DNA of 63,997 nucleotides, filler included, from Octopus bimaculoides (lineage: Eukaryota): assembly GCF_001194135.2 (NCBI RefSeq). It is 7 parts of 7 records of this genome, joined end to end, with 100 filler letters (N's around TTAATTAATTAA, not from the genome) between each part and the next. Parts side by side here need not be neighbours in the genome. Positions count along the whole stretch, not along the records: positions 1 to 22,371 come from NC_069008.1; 6 more parts are not named here. One strand, given 5' to 3'. Shown one piece after another: positions 11,301 through 20,114 of this stretch. Below the pieces are notes generated by a model that made no database searches, was not told the DNA's origin, and was given only the letters and a program-made list of their open reading frames with translations. The first letter of the stretch is position 1, and every line of letters begins with the position of its first letter. Made by a program: the position numbers and the translations under genes.

Positions 11301-14300
11301 NNNNNNNNNAATAAGTACTAGGCTTCCAAAGAATAAGTCCTGGGGTCGATTTGCTCGACTAAAGGCGGTGCTCCAGCATGGCCACAGTCAAAAAACTGAA
11401 ACAAATAAAAGAGTAAAAGAGTAAAAGAGAATGCATTGGCGGATTGGGTCTAAAAATATTGGTTGCCACGAGACTAAGGGGGCCCACCCACAACTACAAT
11501 GCTATCGTTTAATTTTTTTTTTTTGTTAAAAGTATTCTTTTCAACTGTCTACAAACACAGCCAGGCTGAAATAATTAATGCATTCTTCCAGGAGTGAATA
11601 AAGAGTTCTCAAACTTGAGGGGATGGGCCCCTTAGATACTGACATGGGCCCCCATATATGGATTCTAATGATGCAGGGGCCCACTTGCGATTGGGCAAGC
11701 TGACAACCTGGCCAGTCCGCCACTGTATGTATGTACTTGTAACTCTGTCTGTCTGTCTCTCTCTCTCTACACACACATATATATATTCTTTATTTAGAAT
11801 AAAGAATAAAATCATTTTAATGATTCTCGTCTACAACAGCACACCTGTTTCTACCCTCATTCTTGATCACTCCTTCTCTTGCTTTTCCTTCTCGCTAGGC
11901 AACCAAGTATCTCTTTTACTTCATCACACCTGTTTCTGCCTCTCTGTTTCTCTGTCACACTCTAACCTTTCATCACCTGACACAATTCCCCTCCTCAAAT
12001 GGCCCTTAAACTTCCTTGTCATGTGAGTTACTTGGTGACCATGCCAATGCTGGTGCCATGTAAAAAGCATCCAGTCCACACTGTAAAGTGGCTGGCATTT
12101 GGAAGGGCATCCAGCTGTAAAAATCATGCCAAAACAAACCTCGTCTGTGCTAGTAAGAAGCACTAAGTCTACTCTGTAGAGTGGTCGGTATTAGGAAGGG
12201 CATCCAGCCATAAAATCCCTGCCAAATCAGATGCAGTAGCCTAAAGTAGTTTTCTACCTGGCCAGCTCCTGTCAACTGTTCTACCCATGCAGGCATGGAA
12301 GATGGACATTAAACAATGAATAATAATAATAATAATAATAATAAATGCCCTGATGCAGTGGCTTTCATGGCTTCTGATCATAACTGATTGGAAGTGTTAT
12401 CATGTATATTGTTTTGTCTTGGTATAAAAGATGGGCCACAGCAAATATTCTGCTTAATACCACAGATTTGCTTGTCAGTTGTTTGCCCTTAACCAGTTGA
12501 GCATGTCCCTTGGTGGCTGACGATATGTGCATCTCTGATCAGGAGCAGAAGTAGTGGGGGAGCATCATAGTCATGTGTTGAGAGGAATTCTTTGGGGTTT
12601 GAACAATTCACCTTTGGAAACATGGGTGTTTTGCTCAACATCCTTAAACAAACCTTATTCAGGGACCTTTTGAGCGGGATGGGCTACTCGACCTGAAGAA
12701 AATTCTAACTGGGCCCCACCTGCGAGGTCATGCACTGTTAATCTTGATATGAGATCACCATGTTGCGTACACATGGTTGTGATGTATGTGCCTGGTGTAC
12801 CCTTATCAGACGGGTAATCATGATGGGTATATTGGGCTACGTATATTTTACCCCAGTGTCACTTTGATGGCATGCACTGCTCTCTCACTCAATAATAATA
12901 ATAATATCATTTCACTTGTAGTTTCAGAGAATTCTGAGGGTTTCATCCTGACCACAGATGCTGATGTATTTTTCACCCCTGACTCAGTGGAAGCTCTCCT
13001 TGATCTGATGACCCGCGATGAATCTGTTGGAGCGGTGTGTGCGAGAACACACCCTCTTGGCTCTGGGCCCCTCATTTGGTATCAGAAGTTTGAGTATGCC
13101 ATTGGTCACTGGTTTCAAAAGGTAACTTTAAACATTGTACAGAAGGAACATGAGTGTTTGTTGGTCTTTCTTTTCTTTATATCCTAAACAATCCTAACAA
13201 TAACATTAATAAGCCCTTTTTCCAGGCACTCTAGCAATTCTGCTTGTCTGCTAGCTTTTAAGCCTGGTATCTGACCAGTTGGATTATAAAACAGGTGGAA
13301 TATTTGGAACAGATAGAGCCAGTGTAACTTATCATTCAGATTAACTCTCTCTCAAATGTAATGGTTATTTATTAACATTGTTTTGAATTAATTATGCATC
13401 TTCTTGTAGCTTTGTGATTTCAAAGATGAGATTGTTTATTTTGAGAATGACATTGTAGGGTAGATGTAAGAAGCTGGATCTAACCAGTTTGATCATAAAA
13501 GGGATAAAATATTTGTGCTTGATATGGCCAGTGTAACCCTTTAGCATTCAGATTTCTCTGTCAAAAGTAATTCTTATCAACCCTTTTGGTACCAACCCGC
13601 CTGTGTGGTACCTTGGGCAAGTGTCTTCTATTATAGCCTCAGGCCGACCAAAGCCTTGTGAGTGGATTTGGTTGACGGAAAGTGAAAGAAGCCCATCGTA
13701 CATATGTGTGTGTGTCTTTGTTTGTCCCCACCAACCATCGCTTGACAACCAATGTTGGTGTGTAACTAAGCAGCTCAGCAAAAGAGGCTGATAGAATAAG
13801 TACTAGGTACACAAAGAATAAGTGCTGGGGTTGATTTGTTTGACTAAAGGCGGTGCTCCAGCATGGCTGCAGTCAAATGACTGAAACAAGTAAAAGAATG
13901 AAAGAGAAAAATGTATCTCTCAGCATACAAATCAACATGGCATGCAGTGCAAACATTAAAACATCATCCCTGTCTTTCCAAATCCTGTTGGATTTCACAC
14001 GGAATTTTTGTCTCTCCAAAGCTGTTTTGGTGTAGAAGTTGACCTTCCTTTTTTGACACCAAATTTTCATCTGAAAAATTTTACTTTTATGCTGGAAAAT
14101 ATGGCAATAGATATTGATTTCAAATTTCGGCAAAAGGACATCAATTTTGGGGGTAGGGTTAAGTTGATTACATTGACACCGGTGTTCAACAGGTACTTAT
14201 TTTATCGACCCCCAGTGTTCAACTGCTTCTTATTTTTATCAACCGCAAAAGTGAAGTTGACTATGGCAGAATTTGAACTCAGAACATAAAGACAGACAAA

Positions 14301-17300
14301 ATGCTGCTAAGCATTTTGCCTGGTGTGCTAACAATTCTGCCATAATAAGATAATAAATATCAATTAAAAAGTTTTATTTATATTGTTTTAATTATATATT
14401 TCTTTTGTAAATTTTTGTCAATTCTCTTTGATAAAAAGTCTGCTGAAGACATTCTAGGTTCCGTTCTCTGCAGTCCTGGTTGTTTCAGTGTGTACAGATG
14501 TGATGCCATTATGGACGTGTTACCAACATATTCCACTACAGTCAATGAGGCTTTTGATTTCCTCATCAAAGACATGGGAGAAGATAGATGGTTTTGTACA
14601 TTAATGGTAAGTGGAATCTTTGAGTTTATTCTTAGCTGTGTCTCAGGCCAAAACATTAATTTTTGTTCATACATATATGTATATATTATCGGAAGTTTAC
14701 AGTATTATATATCCATTATGACCTATCTTACCAAATGGTTTCGCACTAGGGTTTTAACAGAGTGTTAACCTTGCGCTCATCAGAGGTAGCCGATATGGAA
14801 TGGAATATGTTGATTGCTCCATCTTTATTGATGATAGCCAACTTCTTGTGCTTTCTCATTGTCAATGGCATTTCTAACTTTCCATCCATGACTCCCAAGA
14901 TGACTATTCAGTTCTGTTGCAGCTCTGAACGGTTCAAAATATAGGGGACAGACGAAAGTTATAATTTACTGTGTAATTCCAGCTGCTTGGGTCAGCACAC
15001 ATTGTCTCTTCTATCACCATAAGGACTTTCAGTGGAAGAAATGACGAATGAAGTTGCCCTAAAGAGACATCTGTATTGGATTGCAGTGATGTTTGAACAG
15101 CATGAGTACTTAGTCTTTGTGATTTGTACTAAGTGACACGGCCTGAGTGAGATGACCGGAAATCATGTGAAACTGCAGGTTTCCATCTCCTAGAAGGATG
15201 CTGTGAGAACAGCTAGTGGTCTGTCACTCCCAGTTGGGACCCTGACAAGTGCTACTACTCTGGGAAGATCTTGGAAGACCAAGTAGATCTGGGAACAATA
15301 ATGGCTAAGAGGTGGTTCCTTACTCTTCAAACTGTGGAACTCTCAAACCAGAGTCCCACTACTGGATGCAGTTTAAAGTCATACCCAAGACAATGTGTAT
15401 GTGTGTGTTTGTGTGTGTGTGTGTGTGTGTTTGGATCTACATTGACAAAGGTACATCTTTAACAATAGCAGAGTTCAGAAGCCAACAGCTGGCCCATCTC
15501 TTCAGAGCCTGACAATGCTACCATCCCTAATGAATATTGATGTTCTACAAAGGTCAGGTGGAGCTGACAACAGGATTGCATCCTCATCGGCAACAGTGCT
15601 ACAGCTGTTGTTATACACACAGATATCCTAGACTACATCCAGAAAATGGTCACTGATTGGCATAAAGTCACTCACAGCTTTACTCCAGCTGCTGGCTCAC
15701 ACATTCTACATACAAATATCCTGCTTCATCATTTTGCTGTTATCTCTTCAACATCTTCACCATTGCTTGTTTTCTTCTGTTTCAGTTGCAGAATGGGTGG
15801 CGAATTGACTACTGTGCTGTTGCCACCAACAGCACTCACTGTCCCGACGGCTTTGACGAGTTCTTCAAACAGCGCCGTCGTTGGATTGTGTCAACCATAG
15901 CCAACTTGATCCTGGTCGTCAAAGAAAGTCGACTTATGATGAAATTCAACAGACACATCTCTGTTTTCTTCATCATCTATCAATTCGTCTTGCTTCTGGC
16001 CACAGTCATAGGCCCAGCGACTGTTATTCTGGTTGTCTCAGGTAAGGGAGACGATGGACTTGTATATAATTTAATATTTGTGTGTGTGTGAGTGTAAGTG
16101 TGTGTTTGCATGTGTGTGTTTTCATGTGTGTACGTGTGTGTGTGTGTGTTTACATGTGTATGTATGTGTTTGTGTATGTGTGTGTGTATGCCTCTGTGTG
16201 TGTGCTTGTATATGTGTATGTGTGTGTGTTTGTGTGTATGTGTGTGTGTCTACGTGTTTGTGTTTATGTCTGTGTGTGTGCATGTCTGTGTGTGTATGTC
16301 TATGTGTATGTGTGTGTCTGTATTTGTGTGTGTGTGTGTGTGTATGTGTGTGTTTGTGCATGTGTATGTGTGTGTGTGTGTGGATATCATTCTGTCTCTC
16401 TAATTCTCTGCACCCTTATCGCTGTTGCTTTGTATTTGCTTCTCTCTCTTTCTGCCTCTGTCTCTCCTCCTCCTCCTCATCATCATCATTTAACGTCCGT
16501 TCACCAAGCTGATATGGGTTGGACAGTTTCACAGGATCCAGCAAGCCACAGGGGGCGGTGCTGAGTTCCTGCATCCTCTCTGGCATTGCTTCTGCAGTTG
16601 GATGCTCTTCTTCCTGCCAAGCCCCTTAGACTGTGTCCTTGGTGCTTTTTATGTTCCACTGACACTAATGACATTCTCAAGTAACTTGCATGACAGAAAA
16701 AAAAACAAAACAAGAGAAGAGACCCCATGATCAAGTCGGTGAGGAATGTTAAGGAGAGGGGTGTGGCTTTATGCCAGGTGCTAAGAGGCTAAGGCAAGAA
16801 CAGGTGACTTACTGTAGAGGGGATACATGGCCACCCGACAAGATACATGGCCACCCGACAAGATACATGGCCACCCGACAAGATACATGGCCACCCGACA
16901 AGATACATGGCCACCCGACAAGATACNNNNNNNNNNNNNNNNNNNNNNNNNNNNNNNNNNNNNNNNNNNNNNNNNNNNNNNNNNNNNNNNNNNNNNNNNN
17001 NNNNNNNNNNNNNNNNNNNNNNNNNNNNNNNNNNNNNNNNNNNNNNNNNNNNNNNNNNNNNNNNNNNNNNNNNNNNNNNNNNNNNNNNNNNNNNNNNNNN
17101 NNNNNNNNNNNNNNNNNNNNNNNNNNNNNNNNNNNNNNNNNNNNNNNNNNNNNNNNNNNNNNNNNNNNNNNNNNNNNNNNNNNNNNNNNNNNNNNNNNNN
17201 NNNNNNNNNNNNNNNNNNNNNNNNNNNNNNNNNNNNNNNNNNNNNNNNNNNNNNNNNNNNNNNNNNNNNNNNNNNNNNNNNNNNNNNNNNNNNNNNNNNN

Positions 17301-17638
17301 NNNNNNNNNNNNNNNNNNNNNNNNNNNNNNNNNNNNNNNNNNNNNNNNNNNNNNNNNNNNNNNNNNNNNNNNNNNNNNNNNNNNNNNNNNNNNNNNNNNN
17401 NNNNNNNNNNNNNNNNNNNNNNNTATCTTTCCAGCTATCTATCTATCTGTCTGCCTATTTGTCTGGTTCTCACTCTGTGTCTTGTGCCTATTTGTCTGTC
17501 TGTCTCTTTGTCTCACTCTCTCCCTATCTACCTCTCTGTCTGTCTGTCTGTCTGTCAGTTTGCCTGTCTCTGTCTATTTGTCTGTCTGTCTGTCTCTATT
17601 TCTTTCTCTCTTGATCTATCTGTTTGTCTGTCCGTCCG

Positions 17639-17671
<33 letters not shown>

Positions 17672-20046
17672 CTATCTAGCTGTCTGTCTGTCAGTTTGTT
17701 TGCCTGTCAACCAATCAGTCATTCAATCAATCAATCAATCAAATCAAATGAAATCCGCTAATGTTTTTATTCACTTATTACGGGCTCAGGAAAAGGAGGT
17801 GCAGTGGGTACAAGCGCAACTCCTAAAATTTCGGTGGGACAATGAAAACACTTTGAACATCCTTCTGGAAAATTCACCAAAACAAACGAGCAATGAGCAT
17901 AGAAACATTTTTGGATTGATTCCAAACATTACTTTTCCATTTATTGAATCTATCCGATATGATTGATGTACAAATATTATAATAATTATTCACCCATGCC
18001 AGCATGGAAGGCGGATGTTAAATGATGATGATGATGATGATGATACTTGTGTTTAACCCTTTAGCCAATATTCGATTTGTTTTATTCTTGAACCAGATAG
18101 TTCTGACTTCTCAACCCTACCCTACAATCTCATTCTAAAAATATACATTCACATCATTGAAATTTTGAAGCTGCAAGATAATACAGGGTTAATCCAAAAC
18201 AATGTGAATAAATAAGGATTATATTTGACAGAATAATGTGAAGGTAGTGAGATGGCAGGATTGTTACTGCACCAGGTAAAATGCTTTGTGGTATTTTGTC
18301 TGTCTTAACATTTTGAGTGTGGAGATGCAATGGCCCAGTGGTTAGGGCAGCGTTGTGAGTGTTTATTGAGCGAAAAAACACCTAAAAGCTCCACGAAGCC
18401 CCGGCAGGGAATGGTGGCGAACCCTGCTGTACTCTTTCACCACAACTTTCTCTCACTCTTACTTCCTGTTTCTGTTGTGCCTGTAATTCAAAGGGGTCAG
18501 CCTTGTCACAGTGTGTTATGCTGAATATCCCCGAGAACCACATTAAGGGTACGCGTGTATGTGGAGTGCTCAGCCACTTGCACGTTAATTTCATGAGCAG
18601 GCTGTTCCATTGATCCGATCAACTGGAACCGTCGACGTCGTAAGCGACGGAGTGCCAACAAAAAAAACAACAACAACAACATTTTGAGTTCAAATTCTGT
18701 CGAGGTTGACTGAGTCTATCATCCTTTTGGGGTTGATAAAATAAGTACAAGTTCTTAGCACTGGAGTCGATGTAATTGACTTATCCCCTTCCTTGAAATT
18801 GCTGGCCTTGTGCCAAAATTTGAAACTATTATTACTCTGTGTGTGGAGGCGCAATGGCCCAGTGGTTAGGGCAGCGGACTCGCGGTTGGAGGATCGCGGT
18901 TTCGATTCCCAGACAGGGATTTGTGTGTGTTTATTGAGTGAAAACACCTAAAAGCTCCATGAGGCTCCAGCAGGGGATGGTGGCGACCCCTGCTGCACTC
19001 TTCCGCCCCCAACTTTCTCTCACTCTTTCTTTCTGTTTCTTGAGTAATGCTGTGATGGCTGGCNNNNNNNNNNNNNNNNNNNNNNNNNNNNNNNNNNNNN
19101 NNNNNNNNNNNNNNNNNNNNNNNNNNNNNNNNNNNNNNNNNNNNNNNNNNNNNNNNNNNNNNNNNNNNNNNNNNNNNNNNNNNNNNNNNNNNNNNNNNNN
19201 NNNNNNNNNNNNNNNNNNNNNNNNNNNNNNGTGTGTAAGTGAATGCAGGGTATTGTAGTCAATTGTTTTTGTCTGTTTGTCTGTGTTTGCAAAATTACTG
19301 GAAAATGGCTGAACGGATTTTCGCCAAATTTGGCAGAAATACTCATTGGGGGAGCGTCTCAAACTCATTATTTTGGTTTGATTATCTTCAAAACTGGCAG
19401 AGTCGTGAATCAAAATGATTTTTTTGTTTTGTTTGTTACATATGCATAAGCAATAAGCAAGGGAAATAACTCTTGATGTAATTTTCTTGAAAAATGAATT
19501 CGTCCGAGTTTAATTTATTTTATCCTTGTGTGCGTGCAAAGTATGCATTGCCCCTTCGATACCTTTTTTTTATTATTATACCTGTGTTTGTTTTGATATC
19601 GATTTCAAATTTTGGCACAAGGCCAGCAAGTTCAGGGGAAGGATTAAGTTAATTACATCGACTCCAGTGTTCAACTGGTATCAAATCGAAGAGGATGAAA
19701 GATAAATTCAATCTTGGCAGCAGTTGATCTCAGAACATAAAGATCGATGGAATACTGCTAAGCATTTTACCTGGCATGCTAACGATTCGGCCGACTTGGC
19801 CACCTTATGTGTTTGTTTTGATATTAAGACTGAGAATATCAACCTTGTTTGTAAATAATTTTCGGTCCTGGGTCTGCACCCACTAAACAGATTTTGTTCT
19901 TGTAGTCATGTTATTTGTTTCTTGTTGCAGGTGGTCTCCAATATGGTTGGTCAATATCTCCATCATACAGCATCATAATCCAATATGTTTGCAGTGCTAT
20001 CTTCATCATCATCTGTCTTGGTGCTTCTGGCGATTTCCAGCTGAAG
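1033..20046 (+). CDS. chs: Chitin synthase (GT2), partial multi-exon gene: join(1033..1686,4548..4694,6490..6658,8554..8678,[exon not visible],12922 or 12928..13121,14439..14606,15786..16041,19931..20046); 5' and 3' ends absent
   Basis: Exons have GT-AG boundaries and compatible phases (0,0,1,0,gap..1,0,0,1,0). The spliced translation carries the chitin synthase motifs in the correct order: IYICTTMYRE, FESHIFFDG, KTPYG, IHLKDN, FILTTDAD, WYQKFEYAIGHWFQK, LCSPGCFSVYR, GEDRW, QRRRW. Confidence 0.95.
1810..2260 (+). mobile_element. CR1-type LINE reverse transcriptase fragment (decayed)
   Basis: Translates across frameshifts to NSAADPHGFLAIL and PLHKGESRADTKNYRPISQTLYISKVME..LIAFLKEKDLL, matching the GPDG..NYRPISLT region. 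Confidence 0.85.
2415..2800 (-). mobile_element. SINE family A copy, inverted relative to 459-872
   Basis: Reverse-complement similarity along head, body and tail (e.g. GTTTCAGTCATTTG, GCCATGCTGGAGCACC, CTTCTTACCACAC). Confidence 0.85.
2862..4325 (+). mobile_element. RTE-clade LINE 3' portion with 3' UTR and (GAT)n tail, interrupted by SINE C
   Basis: EVVDSFHY...KGRLYDAFVWIAMLYGSETWAVTAEDM and WMRNVSV..LREKLGIRG..RGRGRLKKTW motifs. Confidence 0.9.
3308..3678 (+). mobile_element. SINE family C (tRNA-like head) inserted in an RTE LINE, with a 13-bp TSD
   Basis: ATGCATAGGAGTG is duplicated at 3295-3307 and 3679-3691; A-box TGGCCCAGTGG and B-box GTTTCGATTTCC; the RTE frame resumes after removal. 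Confidence 0.9.
4548..4694 (+). CDS. chs: Chitin synthase exon, 49 codons (IFLMPGYNGVMLEEWIVLNR...KIYICTTMYRE)
   Basis: Strong CT-rich tract and TTCCAG acceptor; GAG|gtaaac donor; CTTMYRE corresponds to the conserved CATMWHE motif. Confidence 0.93.
5690..5885 (+). mobile_element. SINE family B copy
   Basis: CTGGAGGAATTGTTAGCAC...GTTCAAATTCTG...TTTCATCCTTT...AAGTACCA. Confidence 0.75.
5900..6290. repeat. Interspersed repeat family E, copy 1
   Basis: Reverse complement of 12345-12840 (e.g. GGGCCCAGTTAGAATTTTCTTCA and GATAAGGGTACACC). Confidence 0.8.
6490..6658 (+). CDS. chs: Chitin synthase exon (ADYEMKQLLESI...FESHIFFDGG...LLPSTL), phase 0/1
   Basis: Conserved E-x-x-E-M-x-Q-L-L and FESHIFFDG; TTAG|gtaagt donor. 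The only AG between the in-frame stop at 6469-6471 and the conserved sequence is at 6488-6489. Confidence 0.92.
6917..6961 (+). ncRNA. Degenerate type I hammerhead ribozyme motif, sense strand of a chitin synthase intron
   Basis: TGTATG-CTGACGA-AAGTTAAATACACA-GAAA-CCCAGG-TC-CGTGCG: core boxes, ACC/GGT stem III and GUC triplet are present; stem I is held by G-U wobbles and stem II is largely broken. Confidence 0.55.
7130..7535 (-). mobile_element. SINE family A copy (diverged)
   Basis: Same motifs on the minus strand. Confidence 0.8.
7640..7880 (+). mobile_element. RTE/BovB-like LINE C-terminal remnant
   Basis: TWKMQAQD...FGRTFRALHW resembles the RTE C-terminal W-x-x-LA-x-DR...CGRxFxARIGL pattern. 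Confidence 0.5.
7950..8420 (-). mobile_element. Repeat family D (shares its 3' end with the RTE 3' UTR; GAT tail) with an internal about 110-bp duplication
   Basis: CATCATCGTTTAACGTCCGCTTTCCATGCTAGCATGGGTTGGAC; the GTGCCACCCGCACAAG..CCAGTCCAGGGGCACTGGCAACGATCT unit occurs twice. Confidence 0.8.
8554..8678 (+). CDS. chs: Chitin synthase exon (DISPKNCKQLKTPYGICLKWNLP...IHLKDNLK), phase 1/0
   Basis: TTTTTCTCAG acceptor and AAG|gtttgt donor; TPYG and HLKD motifs; phase matches the previous exon. Confidence 0.93.
9009..9093 (-). mobile_element. 85-bp non-autonomous mini-Helitron
   Basis: Minus strand: A|TC start, (GTCT)n tract, CCCGGGCAACGCCGGG hairpin, CTAG|T end, inserted at an AT dinucleotide. 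Confidence 0.85.
9372..9545 (+). mobile_element. SINE family A head
   Basis: GGATGTGTAGTAAGAAGCTTGC...GTGGCACCTTGAGCAAGTGTCTTCT. Confidence 0.8.
9575..10070 (-). mobile_element. Two to three adjacent SINE family B copies
   Basis: Repeated GGAATTTGAACTCAGAAC...AAAATGC..CTAAGC motif. Confidence 0.75.
10368..11430. mobile_element. SINE family A pieces flanking the 684-N gap (head on minus 10368-10537, tail on plus 11310-11430)
   Basis: Close matches to the 459-872 copy on each side of the gap. Confidence 0.85.
10626..11309. other. Sized assembly gap (others at 8054-8101, 16927-17423, 19064-19230, 20735-20956, 53172-53915, 55388-55941, 60064-60380)
   Basis: N runs, mostly flanked by microsatellites or SINEs. 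Confidence 0.99.
11434..11725. mobile_element. MITE-like element with about 14-bp terminal inverted repeats
   Basis: Left CATTGGCGGATTGG versus right (reverse complement) CAGTGGCGGACTGG; internal GGGCCC motifs; TSD not recognisable. Confidence 0.55.
12020..12345 (+). mobile_element. Repeat family D copy
   Basis: TAAAAAGCATCCAG...GGAAGGGCATCCAGC...ACCCATGCAGGCATGGAAGATGGACATTAAAC. Confidence 0.75.
12345..12840. repeat. Interspersed repeat family E, copy 2 (inverted relative to copy 1)
   Basis: TGAAGAAAATTCTAACTGGGCCCC and GGTGTACCCTTATC match copy 1 in the opposite orientation. Confidence 0.8.
12922..13121 (+). CDS. chs: Chitin synthase catalytic exon (GFILTTDADVFF...ARTHPLGSGPLIWYQKFEYAIGHWFQK); acceptor either 12922 or 12928
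   Basis: DxD (DAD) and QKFEY motifs; AAG|gtaact donor; two in-frame acceptors TAG and CAG lie 6 nt apart. Confidence 0.95.
13595..13905 (+). mobile_element. SINE family A copy
   Basis: TACCTTGGGCAAGTGTCTTCT...GCAGTCAAATGACTGAAACAAGTAAAAGA. Confidence 0.85.
14105..14345 (-). mobile_element. SINE family B copy with an internal duplication of ACCCCCAGTGTTCAAC-like sequence
   Basis: GAATTTGAACTCAGAACATAAAGACAGACAAAATGCTGCTAAGC. Confidence 0.75.
14439..14606 (+). CDS. chs: Chitin synthase catalytic exon (SAEDILGSVLCSPGCFSVYR...KDMGEDRWFCTLM), 56 codons
   Basis: SPGCFS and GEDRW (catalytic base motif); ATG|gtaagt donor; phase 0/0. Confidence 0.96.
14723..14789 (-). ncRNA. Type I hammerhead ribozyme motif (Penelope-like-element type), antisense in a chitin synthase intron
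   Basis: The minus strand reads CTACCT-CTGATGA-GCGCAAGGTTAACACTCTGTTAAAACCCTAGTGC-GAAA-CCATTTGG-TA-AGATAG. Both core boxes are intact, stem II is long, stem III is short, the triplet is GUA, and stem I pairs 5 of 6. Confidence 0.85.
15786..16041 (+). CDS. chs: Chitin synthase exon (LQNGWRIDYC...EFFKQRRRWIVSTIANL...TM helix), phase 0/1
   Basis: QRRRW signature; TTTCAG acceptor and CAG|gtaagg donor. Confidence 0.96.
16078..16382. repeat. Long imperfect (TG)n microsatellite. Dozens of other AT, AG, CA, ATCT, GTCT, ATT and GAT tracts occur throughout (e.g. 1-78, 4900-5400, 6285-6360, 28565-28620, 32598-32652, 43570-43660, 53970-54115, 54550-54640)
   Basis: Seen directly. Confidence 0.95.
16475..16720 (-). 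mobile_element. Repeat family D copy
   Basis: CATCATCATTTAACGTCCGTTCACCAAGCTGATATGGGTTGGAC. Confidence 0.65.
16822..16926. repeat. Perfect 20-bp minisatellite (GATACATGGCCACCCGACAA) x5.25, running into an N gap
   Basis: Seen directly; no spacers between units. Confidence 0.95.
18240..18835 (+). mobile_element. SINE family B copy split by a family C insertion
   Basis: The family B sequence resumes at 18690 after the duplicated AACATTTTGAGT. Confidence 0.8.
18319..19063 (+). mobile_element. Two SINE family C copies (18319-18677 with a 12-bp TSD; 18841-19063 running into a gap)
   Basis: GTGGAGGCGCAATGGCCCAGTGGTTAGGGCAG head; TSD AACATTTTGAGT at 18307-18318 and 18678-18689. Confidence 0.88.
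19250..19490. mobile_element. Possible Helitron/HINE-like non-autonomous fragment
   Basis: TGTCTGTTTGTCTGTG...GGCTGAACGGATTTTCGCCAAATTTGG resembles the subterminal motif of such elements. Confidence 0.4.
19600..19805 (-). mobile_element. SINE family B copy
   Basis: TTTCAAATTTTGGCACAAGGCCAGCAA...CTAAGCATTTTACCTGGCATGCTAACG. Confidence 0.75.
19931..20046 (+). CDS. chs: Chitin synthase exon (GGLQYGWSISPSYSIIIQYVCSAIFIIICLGASGDFQLK), phase 1/0; last visible exon
   Basis: TTGTTGCAG acceptor and AAG|gtatgt donor; hydrophobic; phase matches; ends in the ICL...QLK pattern that follows QRRRW in animal chitin synthases. Confidence 0.88.
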
Positions 20047-20114
20047 GTATGTTCTCTGTTATAGGTTAGGTGTTCTTCATTTTAAAATTTGTCATCATCA
20101 TCATCATCATCATC

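Noticed and set aside
10426-11424. Long ORFs containing X runs (also 16771-17966, 53084-54207, 55243-56041, 59965-60458)
   Set aside because: They are open only because N bases contain no stops.
16078-16564. Cys/Val-rich and His/Thr-rich ORFs (also YIYI, LSIY, poly-N, poly-H ORFs elsewhere)
   Set aside because: These are translations of TG/CA, TA, ATCT, AAT and CAT microsatellites.
16822-16926. CRISPR-like direct repeats
   Set aside because: Units are contiguous with no spacers, there are no cas genes, and the context is a eukaryotic intron.
18841-18915. tRNA gene calls at SINE heads (also 459-530, 58510-58582)
   Set aside because: A/B boxes run directly into repeat bodies that are present in multiple copies.
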